From a virus: DNA of 64,000 nt. Shown here in pieces: positions 56,891-64,000 of this stretch; within the stretch, counting starts at the first letter, position 1; each line of letters opens with the position of its first letter. The notes beneath the pieces are model-generated. The model was not told where the DNA came from. It did no database searches and saw nothing but the letters and a program-made list of their open reading frames with translations. The stretch spans positions 1 to 64,000 of IMG/VR virus record IMGVR_UViG_3300022682_000042. One strand, written 5' to 3'. The position numbers and the translations under genes were made by a program.

Positions 56891-57112
56891 ATGGCAATGG
56901 CTACAATGGCTAACCGGAGAAAAGATAGTAAGCCCAGAGTTTTATGGGTAGGAAAAGATGGGGAACAGGCTATACCAATAGCTACTCCATCTGGCAAATT
57001 CATTGAAATAAATTGGAGGATATTAAGACGGTGGCTTATTATAACTCTGGTTGTCATTGGTATTTTTTCTTGTGGGTTTGTATCCGGGGCTACCTGGATG
57101 TGGGGAGGATAA
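56891..57112 (+). CDS. Small membrane protein
   Basis: C-terminal TM. Confidence 0.45.
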   Translation: MAMATMANRRKDSKPRVLWVGKDGEQAIPIATPSGKFIEINWRILRRWLIITLVVIGIFSCGFVSGATWMWGG

Positions 57113-57113
57113 G

Positions 57114-58058
57114 ATGGCCCAAAGTATTGTGAGTAATGATAGTCTCCGGGTGGCCTTTGGCAATGCCCTACTTGACCTGGCCCTCCTATCTGACTTTCAA
57201 ATTTTTGACGCCGACATAGCTGGAGGTTGCGGCCTTTCTCAGTTTCGGGAAACCTACCCGGACCGACTGACAAATGTGGGGATAGCTGAGGCCGGAATGG
57301 TCGGGATAGCAGCCGGTTACAGTCGGGCTACCGGTAGGAAGGCCATTGCAAGCACGTTTGCAATGTTTGGCTGGAGGGCCGCCGAAATTTTCTCCCTATC
57401 TGTGGCCTATAACCGATTTGATGTGACCTTGGCCCTTTCACACGCCGGACTCGGAACGGGCCCGGATGGGGCCAGTTGTCAGCCTATGAATGTTATTTCA
57501 ACTTGGGCCTCTATCCCTAATACGGTGGTATTATGGCCCTCTACCCCGACCTTGATGCGACAGGCCGTAACCTGGCTATTGGGAGAGTATGAGGGGCCGG
57601 CAGTCCTGATAACGGGCCGGTCCCCGGTCACCTTTGATTTGCCGGAGGCCCATCGGTTCCATTTTGGCAAGGTTCAACCGGCCTGGGGGACCGACATCCC
57701 GGAGGTAGTTATTTGCGGGGTTGGGCCTGGGGTGGGGGTGGCTGTTGAGGCAGCCCAAATATTATCAAGTCGGGATATCCCAACTGTGGCCCTGGACTGC
57801 CATACTTTGGCCCCATTCGATGAGGCCGGGGTTAGAGGCTTTTGTAGTCCGGCCAAAGTGGTGGTTACGGTTGAGGATGGGGGACCGAGTGGCCTGTATA
57901 GTTTGGTTTGTCGAGCATTGGCTCAGGCCGAACGAAGGCCCCCGGTGGCCCCGGTTTGTGTCTGGGGGTGGGGAGAAAGCGGGGAGGCCCCGGAACTCTA
58001 CGAGAAACACGGTATAACGGCTGAGGGGGTAATTAAGGCTGTGGAGAGGTGGTTATGA
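57114..58058 (+). CDS. Transketolase C-terminal subunit
   Basis: VGIAE..M..AAG, GPDGASCQ, VTVED. Confidence 0.88.
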   Translation: MAQSIVSNDSLRVAFGNALLDLALLSDFQIFDADIAGGCGLSQFRETYPDRLTNVGIAEAGMVGIAAGYSRATGRKAIASTFAMFGWRAAEIFSLSVAYNRFDVTLALSHAGLGTGPDGASCQPMNVISTWASIPNTVVLWPSTPTLMRQAVTWLLGEYEGPAVLITGRSPVTFDLPEAHRFHFGKVQPAWGTDIPEVVICGVGPGVGVAVEAAQILSSRDIPTVALDCHTLAPFDEAGVRGFCSPAKVVVTVEDGGPSGLYSLVCRALAQAERRPPVAPVCVWGWGESGEAPELYEKHGITAEGVIKAVERWL

Positions 58059-58807
58059 TAGATTTATCAGGCCGAAATTATCTTGTCATTGGCGGCTCCG
58101 GCCTTCTCGGTCGGGCCATTGCCCTGGCTATTGCTGAGGCCGGGGGCCGGGTAGCTATTACCTTTGATGAAAACTTGGACGGGGCCAAAGCCACGGTCAG
58201 GCTATTGGGAGGCAAGGCCCTACCAGGCCCATACCGGTTAGATGTCGTTGACCAGGACAGCCTTGAGGCTTTTGTAGATGACCTGAAACGAGAGGGGGTT
58301 CGGTTCGATGGCCTGGTCTACGGGGCCGGGGTCAACTCACCCGGTAGTATAAATCAGGTTAAGCCAGAGGTAGCCCGGTGGGTTATTGAGACAAATGTTA
58401 TAGGGGCCTGGAATGTAGCCCAACAGATAACCCCGTTCGTTGACCCGGAAGGGTCGGTGGTTTTTATCGGGTCATCTTGTGCTTATACTGGGGGCAGAAA
58501 GTCAGTTCACTATTCAATGTCAAAGTCGGCCTTGAGTGGCCTTGTCCTGGGCCTGGCCTGGCAATTGGGGGACTCGCATAAGTTCGATGGGTGGTCCATC
58601 CGGGTAAACGTCGTTCATCCCGGTTATGTTGAAAGTCCGATGGCTGACAAGGCCGGTTCAACAACCAATGAGGCCGTGGAACGCTCGGTCCTGAAACGAC
58701 TGGCCAGGGCGGAAGAGATAGCCGGCCCGGTTTTGTGGCTATTGTCCGATTTGAGTAGTTATGTGACCGGGCAAGAAATACGGATAGATGGGGGGTTGTT
58801 GCCGTGA
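58055..58807 (+). CDS. SDR-family oxidoreductase
   Basis: GGSGLLG, YSMSK, VNVVHPG, YVTGQ..IDGG. Confidence 0.88.
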   Translation: MIDLSGRNYLVIGGSGLLGRAIALAIAEAGGRVAITFDENLDGAKATVRLLGGKALPGPYRLDVVDQDSLEAFVDDLKREGVRFDGLVYGAGVNSPGSINQVKPEVARWVIETNVIGAWNVAQQITPFVDPEGSVVFIGSSCAYTGGRKSVHYSMSKSALSGLVLGLAWQLGDSHKFDGWSIRVNVVHPGYVESPMADKAGSTTNEAVERSVLKRLARAEEIAGPVLWLLSDLSSYVTGQEIRIDGGLLP

Positions 58808-59943
58808 CCCAACTAACCGGTAAGAATATCCTCTTTGTTGGCGGTCCCACTGAGGCAATCCCCGGTTTTGCTCAGGCCAAAGCCCTGGGGGTCAACGTCT
58901 ATGTATCCGATGGAAACCCTGACAGTTTGGGGTTAAGATGGGCCAAAAAATACGGGGCCGGATGGGGAGTGGCCTCAACTTATGATACCGAACAGACTAT
59001 TGACATAGCCTGGCGGTTGGCCGGGGGAAACCTTGACGGGATTGTGGCCCTGTCTTGCGATGTAGGGCCGGTAGTAGCTCGAACGGCCCAAGCCCTGGGT
59101 TTACCCCACATCGACCCGGAAACAGCCGATCTATCCTGGGATAAGCAAGCCTTAAGGGTCAAACTACAACGGGCTATGGTTCCGGTGGCTGACGGCTGGT
59201 TACATCCGGTAGATCGGGAATTATGGATGATACCGTCTGAGACCTGGGTTATCAAACCTATTGGAGGCCGGGGTGGGCGTGGGGTCAGGCTAGCCCGAAC
59301 AGCCGGAGAAATGAGACAGGCTATCAAAGAGGCCGGGCAAGTGGCCCGGTTGGTAGTCATTGAGCAATTTGTACCGGGGCCTCAAGTCAGTACAGAGACG
59401 ATAATCTGGGGAGGCCAACCCGTCTTTACCGGCATTACAGATCGGGATTATCGTTTTGACCAGACATTTCCATTCGTCACAGAATTTGGGGGGTGGGGTA
59501 GATCAAAGTACGACTCCAAACCTGTCCGGTATGGGATACGGGAAACGGTGGGAAAAGTAGTTAAGGCCCTGGGTATTGAGGCCGGAACGATAAAATGTGA
59601 CATCGTTTTGGATGAAAGGCGGGGCCTTTTACCGACTATCATAGAAACGGCTGTGGGTCGGCTGAGTGGGGGGTACAGTGCTACCCACTACTGGCCTATA
59701 TGCTACGGGGTAGACTTTATCGGAGCAGCCCTCTCGGTAGCCTGTGGCCTTGACCCGGCTCCATTCCTGATACCATCCGGCAGGCCGTTGTATTGCCGGG
59801 GGATATACCGGGATGCGGTCAAAGCCCATTGTGGACCTGAGAGGGGCCGGTTCTTTTTGGCCCTGGGTAAAAGCCGGGAAGAGGCTGAATTGAAGGCAGA
59901 AAGAAAGGTAGAACAGTGGAAAAAACACACCAACAACTATTAA
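58804..59943 (+). CDS. ATP-grasp domain protein
   Basis: DK, VIKP..GGRGV, IEQFVPG.QVS.E, IE...RL. Confidence 0.85.
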   Translation: MTQLTGKNILFVGGPTEAIPGFAQAKALGVNVYVSDGNPDSLGLRWAKKYGAGWGVASTYDTEQTIDIAWRLAGGNLDGIVALSCDVGPVVARTAQALGLPHIDPETADLSWDKQALRVKLQRAMVPVADGWLHPVDRELWMIPSETWVIKPIGGRGGRGVRLARTAGEMRQAIKEAGQVARLVVIEQFVPGPQVSTETIIWGGQPVFTGITDRDYRFDQTFPFVTEFGGWGRSKYDSKPVRYGIRETVGKVVKALGIEAGTIKCDIVLDERRGLLPTIIETAVGRLSGGYSATHYWPICYGVDFIGAALSVACGLDPAPFLIPSGRPLYCRGIYRDAVKAHCGPERGRFFLALGKSREEAELKAERKVEQWKKHTNNY

Positions 59944-60131
59944 AAGACTTCCTGATGGAAGTCAAAATATCAGGCCGGATTATTGTCGGTAAACAGGCAG
60001 CCCTGGAAGCCTTTGCCAGATGGCTAGATAACCGGCAGGCCAATAAGGTGAGAAGGCAACAAGAGAAATCGGATAGTTATACAGTGCCGGTTCAGGCAGC
60101 CAAAATTATAGCTTCACGGGATGAAAAATGA
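59916..60131 (+). CDS. Hypothetical protein
   Basis: Fills gap; coupled to next gene. Confidence 0.45.
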   Translation: MEKTHQQLLKDFLMEVKISGRIIVGKQAALEAFARWLDNRQANKVRRQQEKSDSYTVPVQAAKIIASRDEK

Positions 60132-60943
60132 TACAAATGGTCGGGGACGAAAAACTGGATAAATTTTTGTCAGACCATAATATTATTGTAGATACCCTGG
60201 ATAACGGGTTGACGTTATCCAGTAATCTTAATGATGACCAGGTTTTTCTGTCTCTTGAGCAATCCCCGGTAGTAGTCAGAGAACAACCCCGGCCTATTTG
60301 TGTGATGGTAGCTGGCGTCCCCCGGTCTGGTACATCCTGTTTGGCCGGGGTATTACACAGGTTAGGGGTCAGAATGGGGCCGTTTATCAATACAGATTCT
60401 GAGGCCAACCGAATGGGATATCATGAACATCTAGGGCTGGTTACATTTCATAGTAATTGGACCGGCCAAAATGTTCGGGAAGAATGGGACCCGGCCAACA
60501 TTACAAGGTTGGTAAAAATGGATGAAGAAACCAGAGAAGCCTATCAGGATGTGATTAAAGAGAGTGAGGAATGGGTTGGGCCTGGGAGCTTATGGGGGTT
60601 TAAGGATTTACGGATTTATCATTTTATCAACGAGTTTGTTAAATTAACCAGGTCTGAACTGATGGTGGTTGATGTTATCAGAAACACGGAAGCTACAATA
60701 GCTTCTATTGCTAATTACCCCGGCTTTAAAGGAGACCCCAAAAAAACATTTGAAGCGTGGCACATGATGAAACAGATTGCGTTAAATGTTTTAACCAACT
60801 ATGGTGCGCCCCGGTTAGTTATAGCTTATGAGGCCCTGCTATCAAACCCGGGCCGGCAAGTTCAATATATTGCTAATTTTTTAGGGGTTAAGATGAATGA
60901 GGCGGCCATTGAATTTATTGATCCAACTTTGAATAGGCATTGA
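60128..60943 (+). CDS. Sulfotransferase family protein
   Basis: GVPRSGTS, N..G..E, WGFKD.R, YEALL. Confidence 0.85.
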   Translation: MIQMVGDEKLDKFLSDHNIIVDTLDNGLTLSSNLNDDQVFLSLEQSPVVVREQPRPICVMVAGVPRSGTSCLAGVLHRLGVRMGPFINTDSEANRMGYHEHLGLVTFHSNWTGQNVREEWDPANITRLVKMDEETREAYQDVIKESEEWVGPGSLWGFKDLRIYHFINEFVKLTRSELMVVDVIRNTEATIASIANYPGFKGDPKKTFEAWHMMKQIALNVLTNYGAPRLVIAYEALLSNPGRQVQYIANFLGVKMNEAAIEFIDPTLNRH

Positions 60944-60944
60944 T

Positions 60945-61958
60945 ATGACTGACCTACTAACTGTTCTCTGCGCCCGGACCTCCTCAGAACGGCTCCCCGG
61001 CAAGGTCCTGGCCCCAATCTGTGGCTCTCCTTTGTTGGCCTGGATAATACGCCGGTTGTCTCACCCTACCACCGGGGTCGGGGGCAAGGTAGTAGTAGGG
61101 ACAACCACCCTGCCGGAAGATGACGAGATAGAGCAGGTAGCTCGGCAGGAAGGAGTTGACTGTTACCGGCATCCAGACCCGGATGATGTAACCGGTCGGG
61201 TCTATGAATGTGCCAAACGATGGCCTTCCCGGTTTATCCTCAGAGCCTTATGTGACTGTCCCTGGTTGGCCACCGATTTGGTCCGCCGGTCAGTTCACGT
61301 TATGAGGCGGTCTGAGGGTGATCTGTTCCTGTGGTATGGTCAGAATACAAGTTTAGTCTACGGGGCCAGTGAGTTCCCTTGGTCCCATCGGGTTTGGGCC
61401 TATACCCAGGAAAATGGCAAAGGAGACGAACGGGAACACCCCTCCCTATATGTTCACCGGAACCGGGGCCTGTGGGCAACCTCAACCTGTTACCACGACC
61501 CTCCCCCGGCAGTTTATTACCGGCATCCCCACCGGCTACGACTTGAGGTAGACTGGCCTGAAGATTTGGCCCTGGTCCGGGCTGTGTCTGAGAAAGGCCC
61601 TGGGATGTTGGCCCCCTTAGATGAGGTTGTCAGGTGGCTGGATAAACACGATGAGATAGCAGCCCTAAACCGTCACAGGGTCGAACGGACCGGGAACATT
61701 GCCAGTTATCCCCCCGACCTTCATCGGGAATGGTATAAATTGATGAAGGATAGCCCGGTCTGGACGTGGGACAATAAGTTGGTTGAGTCTCCGGTTGGCC
61801 GAAAGGGGTCTCCGGTCTGTTGTGATAATTGCGGCTTGTTATTGGGGTGGGGACTGGATGGCCGGTTCGTGGAACGTAAGACCGGGGGAATATGGGATGA
61901 GGGGCGACTTCCCTGTATTAACTGTGGGGAGGTTCGGGTTTGGGCGAGGAGTAAGTAA
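60945..61958 (+). CDS. SpsF/NeuA-like cytidylyltransferase with C-terminal Zn ribbon
   Basis: ARTSSERLPGKVL, DCP, REH, RLEVDWPED. Confidence 0.88.
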   Translation: MTDLLTVLCARTSSERLPGKVLAPICGSPLLAWIIRRLSHPTTGVGGKVVVGTTTLPEDDEIEQVARQEGVDCYRHPDPDDVTGRVYECAKRWPSRFILRALCDCPWLATDLVRRSVHVMRRSEGDLFLWYGQNTSLVYGASEFPWSHRVWAYTQENGKGDEREHPSLYVHRNRGLWATSTCYHDPPPAVYYRHPHRLRLEVDWPEDLALVRAVSEKGPGMLAPLDEVVRWLDKHDEIAALNRHRVERTGNIASYPPDLHREWYKLMKDSPVWTWDNKLVESPVGRKGSPVCCDNCGLLLGWGLDGRFVERKTGGIWDEGRLPCINCGEVRVWARSK

Positions 61959-61962
61959 AAGA

Positions 61963-61985
61963 AGCCCTAACCAGGGCTTTTTTTT
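61963..61985 (+). terminator. Terminator of the sugar-modification operon
   Basis: AAGCCCT-aacc-AGGGCTT plus T-run. Confidence 0.65.
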
Positions 61986-62132
61986 GATTTAATTCAAGTA
62001 TTGTGTTATAATATATTTTGAGATTGGTTGATTGTGACATTGTAAAAAGTGTTGTAATGTGTTAAACTGTAGCAAAGCAAGGCCGGGAGATGACCCCAGG
62101 GTTATCCCGGCCTTTTTCTTTGTGAGGACAAA

Positions 62133-64000
62133 ATGACAGAATATTTGACGGCCAAAGAAGTCAAAGAGCGATACGGTTTTGATAGGTCCAGTCTACTCCG
62201 ATGGGAGGATGCCGGCCAACTACAGGTTGACCGGACCCCATCGGGGGGCCAAAGACGTTACCGGCCGGAGGCCATTGAAAAAGCGATGATTGGGGGTGGT
62301 CGGGATATCCCGACTGCCAAACAAGATGACAGGCCAACCAGACAACGGCCCAGGGGGGCTATGTTTGCCGAACTGGGAGCACCGGGCCTGACTCGTTTTG
62401 GTGGCTCGGTTTTAGAGGAACGTTTATCTGAACTACAGGGTCATAAGGGGTGGCGGCGATACAGAGAAATGAGGAGCAACGATGCGGTTATTGCCGCCGT
62501 CTTCTTCGGCCTGGTCAACGCTCTCAAGCAGCCCTCAGTCAGGGTCAAACCGGCCTCAGACAAAGACCCTGACAAACGGGTGGCCGAGTTCGTGCAGTCC
62601 TGCCTGGATGATATGTCGTTTACCTGGAACGATACGATGGACCTGATTCTCAACCCGGTCTTTGAACAAGGTTTTGCAGTGCCGGAAATAGTCTATAAAC
62701 GCCGGTTGGGGCCGGACGATGAGACCCCATCCCGGTATAATGATGGCCTGATAGGGTGGCGCAAGTGGGCGCCGAGGCCAGCCGAAAGTTTGGCCGACGG
62801 CAACGAATGGATATTCGATGCCAATGGGGGGGTCCGGGGCATTAACCAACAATTCGATTATGACATCACCCCCTCGACCCCGATAGTCCCTAAAGAGGTT
62901 CCGGGCCTCAACCCCAATGAGACCCAACCAGCCCTGGCCTCTATTCCCATTGAAAAGTTACTTCACTTTCGGACTACCCTACATCCGGCCAATACACCGG
63001 AGGGGATGTCAATATTACGGCCAATGTGGCAAAGTTACTGGATGTCTCAAAATATGATGGAGATTGAAGGTATCGGGGTCGAACGGGACTTGGGTGGTAT
63101 CCCGGTCATCTATCTGGGGCAGGGGACAACGTTAGGCGATGACCCGAATAGCGACTGGTCAATTTCCAAAGACATTGTGACCAATATCCGGGTAGACGAA
63201 CAACACGGGGTAGTCATCCCCCACCCCAAATTGGGGACAGTTGGTAATACCGGCCAGGGAGTGTTATTGGAGCTATTGTCAACCGGCGGCCGGCGGCAGT
63301 GGGATGTAGGAAATATCATTGATCGGTATGATAAACGGAAAGCCCTGTCAGCTCTGGCCCAATTCATTATGTTGGGGATGCAACAGGTGGGGAGTTATGC
63401 CCTATCCAGCCACCAGGGAGATTTATTTGTACTGGCAGCCCAGGCCCATTTGCAAGCCGTGGCCGGGGTCATCAATCGGCACGGAGTCAGACGGTTAGTT
63501 GAGCTAAACCCCTTCCCCGGTATGACCGGCCTGCCCGAAGTGGCCTTTTCCCCGGTTGGGGTTCCCAAGTTGGAAGAATTGTCTGAATTCGTGAATAAGC
63601 TAGTTGAACGGGAAGTGTTGACCCCGGATCAAGAGTTGGAGCGACATCTCAGGCAGGTAGCCGGGTTGCCTCAGAAGCCTATCCAGGTTATGGATGATAC
63701 AATAACCGAAACGGACCGGGTGGAACGGGACGCCGAACGAACGGCCCTGTTACTCCGCCGGATAAGTCTGGCCGTGGACCCGTTAGAAGAGTTGGGGGCC
63801 ATCAATCCGGGAGAGGGAGCAGAACTATTGAGGCCCCTGGTTGAGGAACTAAAAGATAGCCTGCGGGGTGACCCAACTTTACCCGGTATCGGGGAGGACC
63901 AGTACAGTGATATGGTGCAGGCGGCCAAACTCCGGCTCAAGTACGACCGGGCAGCCGGGGTCAAGTTAGAGAAAGCGGCCCGGCAGTACGTTGATCGGTT
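62133..64000 (+). CDS. Portal protein (DUF935-like) with N-terminal MerR/excisionase-like HTH; runs off the window end
   Basis: Hand translation: YLTAKEV..LLRWE..RTPSGGQRRY, then YREM..ND, IPIEKLLHFRT..PEGMSILR..IEGIGVERDLGGIP. Confidence 0.85.
   Translation, partial: MTEYLTAKEVKERYGFDRSSLLRWEDAGQLQVDRTPSGGQRRYRPEAIEKAMIGGGRDIPTAKQDDRPTRQRPRGAMFAELGAPGLTRFGGSVLEERLSELQGHKGWRRYREMRSNDAVIAAVFFGLVNALKQPSVRVKPASDKDPDKRVAEFVQSCLDDMSFTWNDTMDLILNPVFEQGFAVPEIVYKRRLGPDDETPSRYNDGLIGWRKWAPRPAESLADGNEWIFDANGGVRGINQQFDYDITPSTPIVPKEVPGLNPNETQPALASIPIEKLLHFRTTLHPANTPEGMSILRPMWQSYWMSQNMMEIEGIGVERDLGGIPVIYLGQGTTLGDDPNSDWSISKDIVTNIRVDEQHGVVIPHPKLGTVGNTGQGVLLELLSTGGRRQWDVGNIIDRYDKRKALSALAQFIMLGMQQVGSYALSSHQGDLFVLAAQAHLQAVAGVINRHGVRRLVELNPFPGMTGLPEVAFSPVGVPKLEELSEFVNKLVEREVLTPDQELERHLRQVAGLPQKPIQVMDDTITETDRVERDAERTALLLRRISLAVDPLEELGAINPGEGAELLRPLVEELKDSLRGDPTLPGIGEDQYSDMVQAAKLRLKYDRAAGVKLEKAARQYVDR

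Larger units (their letters stand above)
1..64000. mobile_element. Tailed bacteriophage (siphovirus-like) genome segment
   Basis: Ordered head, tail (tape measure, Dit, hub) and replication modules plus portal; no cellular housekeeping genes seen. Confidence 0.95.

Noticed and set aside
1-64000. tRNA genes, terminase, endolysin, cas1/cas2/cas6 and a definite host assignment
   Set aside because: None recognisable by eye; they may lie outside the window, and the host needs database evidence

Overview
The window is most of a tailed (siphovirus-like) phage genome. It carries head genes (protease, scaffold, major capsid, and a portal running off the right end), tail genes (tube, frameshifting chaperone, tape measure, Dit, hub) and replication genes (exonuclease, RusA, primase, initiator, DnaB-like helicase). 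It also carries a ~16 kb nucleotide-sugar/nonulosonate modification cluster. No terminase, endolysin, tRNA or cas1/cas2/cas6 was recognised. The main find is a ~2.1 kb module (6488-8575) inside the head operon. A catalytically intact TnpB/Cas12f-like nuclease and a small RHH regulator are flanked by two divergent CRISPR arrays with related 29-nt repeats. Each array is preceded by its own copy of a covarying ~85-nt structured RNA ending in an anti-repeat that matches that array's repeat, and one copy overlaps the tnpB 3' end where an omegaRNA would lie. Both arms start from one bidirectional promoter. This looks like a phage-encoded TnpB-to-Cas12 intermediate with two tracrRNA/crRNA pairs. A second find is an integron-like array of four attC-bounded cassettes beside a catalytically degenerate IntI-like gene (21166-23299). 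Other oddities include an FtsK + DUF2637 module, an HTH-portal fusion, promoter-terminator leaders before late operons and a recurrent S/T-A-C motif in virion proteins. All protein family calls come from motif recognition by eye, not from database searches.
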